From Azolla caroliniana (lineage: Eukaryota > Plantae > Polypodiophyta): a DNA stretch of 64,000 nucleotides. The translations under genes were made by a program, and so were the position numbers. The notes below the pieces were generated by a model. It was not told where the DNA came from. It saw nothing but the letters and a program-made list of their open reading frames with translations, and searched no databases. The stretch lies in contig JBHGNT010000006.1 of NCBI GenBank assembly GCA_043228905.1, positions 3,224,001 through 3,288,000 on the forward strand. Direction: 5' to 3'. Positions 1 through 10,419 of this stretch are shown one piece after another; positions within the stretch are counted from its first letter, which is position 1; each line of letters starts with the position of its first letter.

Positions 1-129
1 AATTATCTTAGAGATATCTTGAGCATGCATGCATCATCAATACCCCTACACATTGTACCTAATTAATAGTTGTCACTTAGTTGTACGCTTCTTATCACTA
101 CTTTCTTGAGCCTTTTAATCTGACATGCG

Positions 130-1340
130 TACCATTTAATATAAGATGGTTGTAACTATTGATCTCATAAGTCATTTTGGTTTGTTGCAAACATCAATAT
201 TACACTAAATCCAATCTCTCAAAGAATACACGAAACATCCAAACAAGACACGAGTTCAACCATTAAAATGAACCTGGTTATTATGCCACTAAATACCTTG
301 GGGTCATTGAGATTATCTTGTGATTAACAAGGTCATCTACATCTATAACAAGCATCTTGCTTTTGTCTTCTCATACTTACCGTAGTTATGAAAATTCGCA
401 CATCCTATACACATCTAGATGTAGGTGATTCTACCTTATACAAATCTATGACTATCCCGTCCTTGACTATGTTTTTACTAAGTAATCTATCTTATCAAAA
501 GAAAAGAAAAAATTATGCTAGTATAGAAGTTATGTTTTTCTAACCACTTGCATAGTCATATTTCAGCTAAATAAGCATACCATAAAGAAACGTGAGCAAA
601 CTCACAAAGATAAGGACGAAACACACTATCCATAAGACATATAAATGTATTACGTACACTTATTGAACCAAAAAATAAAACAACGAACTCATAATGCATG
701 TATCTACTCCTAAAAACAATATTTGGAATATCATTCTCTTTAATCTAGGCATGACGATAACCTAATATCGAATCAACCTTAGAAAAGATATTAGTGACAT
801 GTGATTGACCTAATAGTTTATCAATATGTGAAAGAGGATACCTATTTTTAAATGTTTTCTTATCTAGGTCCGTATCACCATTGTATAGTGTGTATGCCCC
901 ATCTTCATTCCACTGGAACAAAACCAAATCATCACAAGGAGATAATATATATATATGTCTCATAGAATACTTTCGAGAGAAAATCTTCTAGTGGAGTTTC
1001 AACTCTTTGAACTTGTTAATGTTGAATCTACTAGAGTATGGACTATTATTTTCCCCGGATAAGTTAAGAGAACTGAGATTTATTCATTTATCTCTAATGG
1101 GAATATCTTAGAAGTTAGGACATATGCAAAATTTATACGTTGTGGTTGTATGTGGAAAACCTCATTGACCCCAGCAACTCTCTTGTGATCCATTTGCATT
1201 GATTTCACGCATAGATTCCAAAACAACCTCACAATATCACATTTCTTAGAGAGAGAAATTGACATGGAATGCCATTGTATGAACATAAAAAACAAAGGAA
1301 TTACACATTTTCCAATTAAATAAAAGCAATCCCAGTGCAA
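130..1340 (-). pseudogene. Highly degenerate Ty3/Gypsy pol (RT) remnant
   Basis: ORF 745..963(-) contains KNRYPLSHIDKLLGQSHVTNIFSKVDSILGYRH, matching the Gypsy RT motif KNRYPLPRIDDLLDQL.GA.IFSKIDLRSGYHQ. The surroundings are AT-rich with stops and frameshifts. Boundaries are approximate. Confidence 0.6.
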
Positions 1341-2358
1341 CTATTCGTGTCTCTTAAGGTAAATAAAAACAAGATATTTGAATATAAGTTATAGCAAACT
1401 AAGATTTGCAGTTGGTCTAGATCCAAAAATTGGGTTACGCCCCTTAACAGTTAATGAATTGTAAATATTAGACATTTACCTCGAAGAAAGAGCAATGTCC
1501 AGTACGGGTCCAATGATAAGTATAGAACCATTTCACATTGTGATATTGTGTGTATGTGTGTTTTATACATGTAAAAAACTAATAGTATGAAACTTTGAAG
1601 AATGTTGTGCAACACTCCATGCTTGAGAATTGGTAATTTTGTTTCTAAGGTGTGCAGATGAAATTGTGAAACCTAAAATTGAGATGCAATACTCAATAAT
1701 ATTAAACTCATTTTTGGTAATCCTTACAAAAATAGATCAGATGACACTAAAGTTCTATACATATTAATTAAATGGTATATACATATAAGTAGTAGGCTGT
1801 AATATCGATCAAACTTCACACGTTATGAAAATATAATCGCTAGTTTTCACATTTTTTGAAAGGAATTTTTATTTATTTAGAATACACCTTAATTATTAAA
1901 GTTTCTCATACATATAAGAAATATGAAAAATCATATTATCCATGTATAGCTATTTTATGATTTTTTCTAAAAAAAAATACTACATTAGTATATATATATA
2001 TTGTTTTTCCCAAAATGAAGCTACTTTCCCATTAATTAGGAAGGATTATTACAAAGAGACTGTACAAGGAGGCTTATATATAGATTGGGGAATCTCCCTC
2101 CGATCAAGTTCAAAAAAATGAGACTAGTTACATCACCTTTCAGACTCCCTACTTAATGTAAGTACTTATAGCTAAAAACAGTGCCGTTCAATGATGACTA
2201 GTACGAGACAACTCTTGGGGTCGATAGCGAAGGGAGGGTGGTAAGTGAGTCGGAAACAACCAACGTGGGGGCTGGTAGTTCCACGTCGGGCCACTTCCTC
2301 CTTGTGTCACCATGGGTGTGTTCCGCCATTTCTGCCAAAAGCGCAAACGGGTAGTAAC

Positions 2359-2970
2359 TGTTGGGATTATGGTCCCTTTCGGATGGGATGGTCGGATGTC
2401 CGAAGATGAATACCGACAAGCCCGGTTTCGGTTTCGGAACCGGATGATGAAGACCCCGGTTTCGGAACCGGATGACGAATGTACCCGGAGAGAGATCCGG
2501 ATGCGGGGACATATCTGCGAATATGTTTGCCAAGGGCCCTTGAGGCTATAGTTGTAAATAGCCCTAAAGTCATATGTGTATAAATATGACTTAGGGCAAA
2601 CAGTTTTTGTCGTTGCTATTCATCTTTCTGTTTTTCCACTCTAGAGGAGTGAAGAGAGAGCAGCCGTGAGAGAGAGATAGATCGCGAGAGAGAGAGGAAG
2701 AGGTCGACGCCTCTGTGTATTTCCGCCGCCTGTGGCGAGGACAACGAGCTCAAGGTCGTCGCCTTGCAGCTCGCCATTGTATACTTCTCTGTATAGTGTT
2801 GGTTTGGAGTCTTGTACTCCCGTGGTTTTTCCCGTCTAGGGTTTTCCACGTTAATCCCTGTGTGTCCGCGTTTTGTTTCTCTTTGTGGTTCCTATTTTCT
2901 GCTCCATTGATTCGCGCTTGCTCGGTTGTGGCCGAGCGAAGAAGGTGAATCGAAGCATTGATTCCCAACA
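2359..2970 (+). repeat. Copia 5' LTR
   Basis: TGTTGGG...CCCAACA, near-identical to 7088-7699. TATAAAT at ~2578 and duplicated CCGGTTTCGGAACCGGATGA motifs in U3. Confidence 0.97.
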
Positions 2971-2973
2971 AAC

Positions 2974-2985
2974 TGGTATCAGAGC
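2974..2985 (+). promoter_or_regulatory. Primer binding site, tRNA-iMet (TGGTATCAGAGC)
   Basis: Canonical plant iMet PBS 3 nt after the LTR end. Confidence 0.95.
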
Positions 2986-3000
2986 GAACTGCTGCAGAAA

Positions 3001-6000
3001 ATGGAAGGCGGCGGCAGCGGGCAGCCGGGGATGATGGTGCTGAATGCGCAGAATTACGCCGACTGGAAGATCAAGATGGAGGATCTTCTGATTGTTCGGG
3101 ACCTGTACGAACCGATTGACAGGTCGGAAATACCGAAAGGGGTACTTGAGTCGGAGTGGAAGCTCCTGAACCGGAAAGCCGTAGCGACGATCCGACAATA
3201 TGTCGATGTAAGCGTCCTACAACATGTGGCGAACGACACCAACGCATATGAGATGTGGCGGAAGCTGTCGGGCCTCTATGAGAGGAAGAATGCATTGAAC
3301 CGGACCTCCCTGATGAGGAAGATAGTGAATCTCAAGTACCGGGATGGCGAGAGTATGGTGGAACACGTAAGCACGTTCATGGGATTCGTGAATCAGCTTG
3401 CGGCGATCAAGTTCCCGTTGGAGGATGCAATGCAAGCCATCATCCTGATGTGTACATTGCCGGAAAGCTGGGAGAACTTGGTGGTGACTCTCAGCACCTC
3501 CTGCACCGAAGATAACTTGTCCTTACAAACGGTAAAGACAAGTATTTTGAACGAAGAAGCGCGTCGGAGAGATAAAGAACCGGCCTCCGACCCGAAGGCG
3601 CTGCTTACCGAATCGGATCGGGGAAGACAATGGAACCGGAGTCCGCAAAGACGGGAGAAGTCGGGGACCCGGTCGCAGTCAAGAGGAAGGCCCACATGCT
3701 TCCACTGTGGGAAACCGGGGCACTTCCGAAAGAATTGTCGGCATTACCGAAAAGACAACGGAGCCGACGACACCGATTCGAAGAAGTCACCGGAGAGAAA
3801 CGGTGCATACCGGGGAGCCACGGACCGGAGAGGTTCGGATCGGCGAGGGCAGGACCGGAAAGGAACGACGGCACTCGCGGCAAGTGAAGAAGAAATCATG
3901 CTCATCACCGAAGAAGGTGAACTAAACGTTGCCGGCGATGAGACGACCTGGGTGGTCGATTCCGGAGCATCGTTCCACCTGACCCCGGAGAGAAGATACT
4001 TCTCATCCTACACAGCCGGTGAGCATGGCTGTGTTCGGATGGGAAATGAAGGTACGTGCCGGATTGCCGGCATAGGAGACGTGTGGTTGACAACCCCGAC
4101 CGGATGCAAAATGCTGCTGAAGGATGTCCGACACGTTCCGGAGGTTCGATTGAACCTGATTTCGGCCGGGAGGCTAGACGATGAAGGCTACACAGGTAGC
4201 ATCCGGAACGGCGTGATGAAGTTCAGCAAGGGGAGCCTGATAGTGGCTCGGGCCCGGAAAGACAACACACTGTACCTGATGAATGCCCGGTTATGTCCGG
4301 AAGAGCTGAATGTGGCAGCCGACACTGCCGGTGAGCTGTGGCACAAGAGACTGTGCCACATGAGTGAGAAGGGGATGAAGAGGCTTGTAGAAGACAACCT
4401 CATTCCAGTGAAGCATGTGCACCTGGAGAAGTGCACCGATTGCCTGGCCGGTAAGCAGAACCGAGCCTCCTTCCACTCAAGGCCACCGACGAGACGTAGC
4501 GCACCATTGGAGTTGGTGCACACTGATGTGTGTCAGGTAGAAACGAAGTCACATGGCGGAGCCCAGTACTTCGTAACATTCATTGATGATTACAGTCGGA
4601 AGTTGTGGACGGCACCGTTGAAGACAAAGGACCAAGTGTTGTGCGTCTTCAAAGAACTTCACGCGAGAGTGGAAAGGGAATCCGGCAAGAAGCTGAAGGC
4701 GATACGAGCGGATAACGGAGGGGAATACCGGGGGCAGTTCCAGGAGTACTGTCGCTCGAAGGGAATCCGGCTCGAGTTTACTGTGCCGAAGTCGCCGGAA
4801 CTGAACGGGCTGGCCGAGAGGATGAACCGGACCATAATGGAGAGGGTCCGGAGTATGCTGGCGCATGCGAAATTACCCAAGGGGTTTTGGGCTGAGGCAA
4901 TGTCGACGGCGACATATGTGATAAATAGATCACCCTCAGTACCTTTGGACGGAGACACGCCGCAGAAAGTGTGGACCGGTAGGGAAGTATCCTACCGGCA
5001 TCTGAAGGTGTTCGGGTGTCTCGCATACGTGCATGTGGCAAAGGACCGGAGAGGAAAGCTAGATCCAAAGACCCGGCCATGCATATTCCTCGGTTACGGC
5101 GACGACGAGTTCGGCTACCGAGTATGGGACCCGGTCGACAAGAAGATATTCAGGAGTCGAGATATCATCTTCATGGAGAACAAGACACTCGCCGACTGGG
5201 AGTCGGAGAAGAAGATGAAGAGCTCCAAGTCGACCGGTGAGGATCAACTCTACGAGGAGCAGTCCCGACCGGCAAGGGACCGGTTAGCACTCGAGGATCC
5301 GGCCGAAGACGGTGAAGAAACAGAACCGGCCGAAGAAGATGAAAATGATACCGGAACCGGCCCCGATCCCGAAATGGATTCGGATGAAGAAGAAGAATCG
5401 GAAGAACCAGTTACCGAAGCTCCCGAACGGAGATATCCTCTAAGAGAGAGGAGGGCCCCCCGGAGATTTCCGGATCCAGAGCACGTGCTGCTAACCGACG
5501 AGGGGGAGCCGGAGAGCTTTGAAGAAGCAAAGCACGACACCCAGAGCCGCAGGTGGTTGAGTGCCATGCAGGACGAGATGGATTCCCTGCATGAGAACCA
5601 CACATATGAACTTGTGGAGTTGCCGAAAGGAAAGCGGGCACTTCGAAACAAGTGGGTGTTCAAGCTGAAACCGGGAGATGCCGGAAACCCCCCGAGATAC
5701 AAAGCCAGGATCGTGGTGAAGGGGTTTCAGCAGAAGAAGGGCGTCGACTTCGACGAGATATTTGCCCCGGTAGTGAAGATGACCTCCATCCGGACGGTGC
5801 TGAGCATAGCGGCAAGCATGGACCTCGAGGTAGAACAGATGGACGTGAAGACGGCATTCCTTCACGGTGACCTCGATGAAGAGATCTACATGCAGCAACC
5901 GGAAGGATTCGAGAAGAAAGGGAAGGAGCACCTGGTATGCCGGTTGAAGAAGAGCCTTTACGGACTGAAGCAGGCTCCCCGGCAATGGTACCGGAAGTTC

Positions 6001-7077
6001 GACTCCTTCATGACCGACGAAGGGTATCTCAAAACGCAGTCCGACCACTGTGTGTTTGTGAAGAAGTTCGAAGGAGGAGACTTTCTAATACTCCTCCTGT
6101 ACGTGGACGACATGTTGATCGTCGGACGGGACCAGGTCAAGATACGGATGCTGAAGAAGGCTCTTCACCGAACCTTCTCAATGAAGGACTTGGGTCCGGC
6201 GAGACAAATACTAGGGATGCACATCATCCGGGACCGGAGCAAGAAGCAGTTGTGGCTGTCACAGGAGAAGTACGTGACAAAGGTGCTTAAACGGTTCAAC
6301 ATGTCGGAAGCAAGACCGGTCGGATCGACCCTCCCGGCAAACTGCAAGCTGTCCAGCAAGCAAAGTCCCAAGACAAAGGCTGAAAAGGAGGATATGATGA
6401 AAGTGCCGTATGCCTCAGCCGTCGGGAGCTTGATGTACGCCATGGTGTGTACGAGACCGGACATCGGATATGCAGTCGGAGTGGTGAGCCGGTACATGAG
6501 CAATCCCGGCAAAGAGCATTGGAACGCGGCCAAGTGGATACTCCGATACCTGAAGGGCACGGCAAACGTGTGCCTCCGATTCGGCTCCGGTAAGCCCGAA
6601 CTCGACGGCTTCACCGATTCGGATATGTCGGCTGATGCAGATACCAGCCGGTCCACATCAGGGTATGTGATGACGTATGCAGGGGGAGCTGTTTCATGGC
6701 AGTCGAGGCTGCAGAAGACGGTTGCGTTGTCAACCACGGAGGCGGAGTACATGGCGGCTGTTGAAGCCGGCAAGGAAATGATATGGATGAAGGACTTCAT
6801 TAGAGAGCTCGGTATCCGACAGGAGGAGTACCGACTCTACTGTGACAGTCAGAGCGCAATCCACCTTGCGAAGAACGCGGCCTATCACTCCCGGACGAAG
6901 CACATCCAGCGAAGATATCACTGGATCCGGGAAAGGATAGAAGACAAGGAGTTCATGCTGACGAAGATCCACACGGACGAGAACGGGTCGGATATGCTGA
7001 CCAAGGTGCTCACACCCGACAAGCTGGAAGCATGCCGGAAGAGGATAGGATTGGAGAGACATCCCATACCGAAGTGA
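3001..7077 (+). CDS. Copia Gag-Pol polyprotein (Gag, CCHC, PR, INT, RT, RNase H), 1358 aa, intact
   Basis: Motifs CFHCGKPGHFRKNC, WVVDSGASFH, LWHKRLCH, LELVHTD, YVDD, FTDSD, KHIQRRYHWIRE in Copia order (INT before RT). Confidence 0.97.
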   Translation: MEGGGSGQPGMMVLNAQNYADWKIKMEDLLIVRDLYEPIDRSEIPKGVLESEWKLLNRKAVATIRQYVDVSVLQHVANDTNAYEMWRKLSGLYERKNALNRTSLMRKIVNLKYRDGESMVEHVSTFMGFVNQLAAIKFPLEDAMQAIILMCTLPESWENLVVTLSTSCTEDNLSLQTVKTSILNEEARRRDKEPASDPKALLTESDRGRQWNRSPQRREKSGTRSQSRGRPTCFHCGKPGHFRKNCRHYRKDNGADDTDSKKSPERNGAYRGATDRRGSDRRGQDRKGTTALAASEEEIMLITEEGELNVAGDETTWVVDSGASFHLTPERRYFSSYTAGEHGCVRMGNEGTCRIAGIGDVWLTTPTGCKMLLKDVRHVPEVRLNLISAGRLDDEGYTGSIRNGVMKFSKGSLIVARARKDNTLYLMNARLCPEELNVAADTAGELWHKRLCHMSEKGMKRLVEDNLIPVKHVHLEKCTDCLAGKQNRASFHSRPPTRRSAPLELVHTDVCQVETKSHGGAQYFVTFIDDYSRKLWTAPLKTKDQVLCVFKELHARVERESGKKLKAIRADNGGEYRGQFQEYCRSKGIRLEFTVPKSPELNGLAERMNRTIMERVRSMLAHAKLPKGFWAEAMSTATYVINRSPSVPLDGDTPQKVWTGREVSYRHLKVFGCLAYVHVAKDRRGKLDPKTRPCIFLGYGDDEFGYRVWDPVDKKIFRSRDIIFMENKTLADWESEKKMKSSKSTGEDQLYEEQSRPARDRLALEDPAEDGEETEPAEEDENDTGTGPDPEMDSDEEEESEEPVTEAPERRYPLRERRAPRRFPDPEHVLLTDEGEPESFEEAKHDTQSRRWLSAMQDEMDSLHENHTYELVELPKGKRALRNKWVFKLKPGDAGNPPRYKARIVVKGFQQKKGVDFDEIFAPVVKMTSIRTVLSIAASMDLEVEQMDVKTAFLHGDLDEEIYMQQPEGFEKKGKEHLVCRLKKSLYGLKQAPRQWYRKFDSFMTDEGYLKTQSDHCVFVKKFEGGDFLILLLYVDDMLIVGRDQVKIRMLKKALHRTFSMKDLGPARQILGMHIIRDRSKKQLWLSQEKYVTKVLKRFNMSEARPVGSTLPANCKLSSKQSPKTKAEKEDMMKVPYASAVGSLMYAMVCTRPDIGYAVGVVSRYMSNPGKEHWNAAKWILRYLKGTANVCLRFGSGKPELDGFTDSDMSADADTSRSTSGYVMTYAGGAVSWQSRLQKTVALSTTEAEYMAAVEAGKEMIWMKDFIRELGIRQEEYRLYCDSQSAIHLAKNAAYHSRTKHIQRRYHWIRERIEDKEFMLTKIHTDENGSDMLTKVLTPDKLEACRKRIGLERHPIPK

Positions 7078-7085
7078 AGGGGGAG
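7071..7085 (+). promoter_or_regulatory. Copia polypurine tract
   Basis: GAAGTGAAGGGGGAG just before the 3' LTR. Confidence 0.85.
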
Positions 7086-7087
7086 TT

Positions 7088-7699
7088 TGTTGGGATTATG
7101 GTCCCTTTCGGATGGGATGGTCGGATGTCCGAAGATGAATACCGACAAGCCCGGTTTCGGTTTCGGAACCGGATGATGAAGACCCCGGTTTCGGAACCGG
7201 ATGACGAATGTACCCGGAGAGAGATCCGGATGCGGGGACATATCTGCGAATATGTTTGCCAAGGGCCCTTGAGGCTATAGTTGTAAATAGCCCTAAAGTC
7301 ATATGTGTATAAATATGACTTAGGGCAAACAGTTTTTGTCGTTGATATTCATCTTTCTGTTTTTCCACTCTAGAGGAGTGAAGAGAGAGCAGCCGTGAGA
7401 GAGAGATAGATCGCGAGAGAGAGAGGAAGAGGTCGACGCCTCTGTGTATTTCCGCCGCCTGTGGCGAGGACAGCGAGCTCAAGGTCGTCGCCTTGCAGCT
7501 CGCCATTGTATACTTCTCTGTATAGTGTTGGTTTGGAGTCTTGTACTCCCGTGGTTTTTCCCGTCTAGGGTTTTCCACGTTAATCCCTGTGTGTCCGCGT
7601 TTTGTTTCTCTTTGTGGTTCCTATTTTCTGCTCCATTGATTCGCGCTTGCTCGTTTGTGGCCGAGCGAAGAAGGTGAATCGAAGCATTGATTCCCAACA
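7088..7699 (+). repeat. Copia 3' LTR
   Basis: 612-bp copy of 2359-2970, followed by TSD GTAAC. Confidence 0.97.
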
Positions 7700-8426
7700 G
7701 TAACCACGTCATTGGAATGGCTACAAACATCGTCCAATTGCCCTCGTAGGTAGCTGATAAGCGCAAACCATATGTCCATGATCACTTCCTCAAGGGACTG
7801 CACCAGATCCTGAAAGACCTTTAGGCAACGCGCTTTCCATACATACCAGATACTACATTAGTATTAAGAAATGCCCTAATGCTATACATGAAATATATAC
7901 ATTTTGAGTCCCTTTCTATGTTCTAATAGCTATTTTATGATATTTTTTAATGTTGGGAATTTTTAAGGGAAACTATACAATATTACATGTTTGTAACGTA
8001 ATTGTGTATGAATACTTTTCATATTAAATTTGATCAAAAGACTTTATGTCAATTGGATAAACTCTCAAAAGATCCAAGAGGAGGAATGTTTGATGGGCTA
8101 AATATCTATCTTCAATATTTTGATTTTCATATGGATGTTATTGTCAAGGAGAATAAAAACAATTGCCTTTGCCTTGAGCAAGGCCCTTATGGCTCGTCCA
8201 TTCTAGGTTCAAAAAGTGACTTTGTAGTTTTGTTGGATTCTCTAGGTATAAACACGAACCACATTACCAACTCATAACTTTAAATTAGTTTCCCCCTCAA
8301 ATGTGTTGTCAACTTGTAACTTGCGATGGTTGTCTTTGAGAGTATAGATCAACTTTAGTTTAGAATGACATCAAAGATTTAGGAATATTGTATGGTTTGG
8401 ACACACATACTCGTATTCAATAGTAG

Positions 8427-8797
8427 TGTTGGCCGGTCAGAGAAGGCAAATGGGAAAGCAAGGTCGGATCGGATAAATATAGAAATAGGAATAGAATTAT
8501 TAGGAGGGACGGATCCGGTAGTTGTAACCGATCCGGATCCGAACCGATTCGGTTTCGGTTAACGGTTGCCTATCGAGCACCGATTGTAATCTGGCCGGAT
8601 GCCTATAAAAGGATCCGATGTTTTGTAATGAAGGGACGAAGAATTAATATAGTTTTGCTTATGCTTATTGATCTTGTCTTCGTCTGTGCTTAAGTGTAAT
8701 TATCATACACGTGTATTAACATCCTATCCCTACCACCCCTTTGGAGAAGTGTCGGATAGACACCTGTGTTGCGGCTAGTCCAGCCATACATACAACA
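8427..8797 (+). repeat. Element A 5' LTR
   Basis: TGTTGGCC...TACAACA, TATAAAA at ~8604, matches 31190-31560. Confidence 0.96.
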
Positions 8798-8803
8798 CTA
8801 TTT

Positions 8804-8814
8804 TGGCGACCACG
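8804..8814 (+). promoter_or_regulatory. Element A PBS (TGGCGACCAC, tRNA-Arg(UCG)-like)
   Basis: TGG-starting motif 6 nt after the LTR. About 10 nt are complementary to the recalled 3' end of plant tRNA-Arg(UCG) (...GTGGTCG-CCA). Confidence 0.65.
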
Positions 8815-8849
8815 ATTCCTGCAGAGTGCAGAGGACAACCGGGGGATGG

Positions 8850-9674
8850 ATGTCTAGACAAAATAACGACCACATCACCGAATGAGGGAGACGCCACGCC
8901 GAACGGCAGCGACGACGGGAAGCCCTGCAGCAAGCCGTCGACGAGATCCGGCGCGATCGGTCATTCTCCAAAACGCTTCGGCAAATCGCAGAAGAAGCAC
9001 TGCAGTTCCAGGTTCTACAAGCTTCCGACGAAGGCAGTAGCATAACCAGCCTCCAAGAAGCGGAGGCACTACTACAGACTCTCGCCGGCGGCGACGGGGA
9101 CGCAGCGGCATTTGCAACATTAGAGGCGGATTCGGATAGCGGGGAAAGCGTGGGATCCCGTTATAAAAGCACCCACGAGAACAACCCCTTTGAGTCGGAT
9201 TACTCAGCAACATCGGAGCCAGAGGAGGAAATAACTCTGGAGTTCGGTGACCGGCAATCACCGAGGAGGGAGGAGCGGATATCAACACCACCCGCGGAGG
9301 AACCGCAGGAGCGGATACCAACACCACCCGCGGAGGAACCGCAGGAGCGGTTATCAACACCACCCGCGGAGGAACCGCAGGAGCGGATACCAACACCACC
9401 TGCGGAGGAACCGCAGGAGCGGATACCGACTTCGGAGGAATCAGCGCAGGAGAATCAGTGGGACGACACGATGCCGTATCCGTACCCAAAGTATCGGGAT
9501 GAGCCCGACGGAGAGGCACATGTGTATGCATTCCTGCGAACATGGGAAGCCAACCACGTGTCCCAGAGATTGACGGAGCCCGAGGCCGACCGATCCAAAG
9601 TCGCCGAATTTGGCATGACATTAGAAGGACCGGCGGCCCGGTGGCACGCAAAGCACTTACCAGGCAGCTTCACC
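8850..9674 (+). pseudogene. Element A gag, N-terminal part (premature TGA at 8883-8885; interrupted by element B)
   Basis: ATG 8850 gives MSRQNNDHITE*GRRHAERQRRRE..., in frame with ORF 9150. Contains the retrotransposon Gag segment FGMTLEGPAARWH and continues TTFEALKTQFLRLF at 16804. Confidence 0.85.
9272..9440 (+). repeat. 36-bp coding tandem repeat (ERIPTPPAEEPQ, ~4.5 copies) in element A gag
   Basis: GGAGCGGATACCAACACCACCCGCGGAGGAACCGCA units are visible directly. Confidence 0.9.
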
Positions 9675-9678
9675 ATGT

Positions 9679-10376
9679 TGTCGTGAAGAAAACCGCCCGC
9701 AAGAGGAATCGGAGAAGCAAGGCGTGGGAAACGGCTCTACACACACACGCGCGCCAAGAAGTACCTAAGGACGAAGTAGGTACATACGAGGATCCTGGGT
9801 GGGTAGATTCGGTTGGTATGCAGTTAATGCCAAACGGTCTCTTGAGGGGCTACAAAAAGGAAGAGGAAGAACGGAAAGAGATATCTCGCGCGGAGAGGAC
9901 GAAGTGCTGCGGAACCGATTTGGAAGCTCCTCTCTCACTCCTGCTTTCTCTGTCTTCTGCTCCATCGCGTACCTGTGCAGGTTTCGAGGAGGCTCGCGCT
10001 GTTCCGAGGAACGCCCCGAGTGCGTCCTGCAGCACCTCCGACCTGTTTTCCCCTTTCCGTGCGTCGCGACATACAGGGGTCGGCATCTGTTCGCCGCCTT
10101 GTTCGTTTTCGTTAGTATCTATTTCGTGCCCCGCCGTGGGTTGTAACACTTTAGCCTGTTATTTTCTTGCATTCATAAGTAAAGATCTTTCGTGGTTGCG
10201 TCCATCTGTGTCGGCGTTCATTTGTGATCTCTGTTTGTTGGGCCGTGTCCCTGTGCAAACTTCGGTTCTGTGTAATCGGGTCTCCCTCTCCTTCTCCTCT
10301 CTCTCTCTTGCTCTTCGGTCCAAGACCCCCGTGGTCCCTCCTCCTTTCTGCACGCAGGGGCGTAGTAACCCCGACA
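9679..10376 (+). repeat. Element B 5' LTR
   Basis: TGTCG...CGACA, duplicated at 16106-16803. Confidence 0.96.
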
Positions 10377-10379
10377 TCT

Positions 10380-10397
10380 TGGTGAACCCGACGTGAA
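10380..10397 (+). promoter_or_regulatory. Element B PBS, tRNA-Trp
   Basis: TGGTGAACCCGACGTGAA is the reverse complement of the recalled plant tRNA-Trp 3' end (TTCACGTCGGGTTCA-CCA). Confidence 0.85.
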
Positions 10398-10419
10398 AGA
10401 GGCGGCAGAAGAGCAGGAA

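Larger units (their letters stand above)
2359..7699 (+). mobile_element. Full-length Ty1/Copia LTR retrotransposon (Tnt1/Tork-like)
   Basis: Two 612-bp TG...CA LTRs (2359-2970, 7088-7699) with 3 substitutions seen. 5-bp TSD GTAAC (2354-2358, 7700-7704), tRNA-iMet PBS, PPT and a single intact ORF. Confidence 0.98.
1992..7849 (-). mobile_element. 5'-truncated L1-type LINE 3' end (~510 bp), interrupted by the Copia element
   Basis: 15-bp direct repeat ATACTACATTAGTAT at 1977-1991 and 7850-7864 (TSD), with a (TA)n tail at ~1990-2001. Removing the Copia and one GTAAC restores the frame WYVWKARCLKVFQ...DVVT|TRLRFWQKWRNTPMVTQGGSGPTWNYQPPRWLFP, homologous to the LINE C-terminus at 48818-49100. Confidence 0.85.

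Noticed and set aside
9272-9440. 36-bp repeats superficially like a CRISPR array
   Set aside because: Head-to-tail with no spacers, in frame within gag, and in a eukaryotic context.
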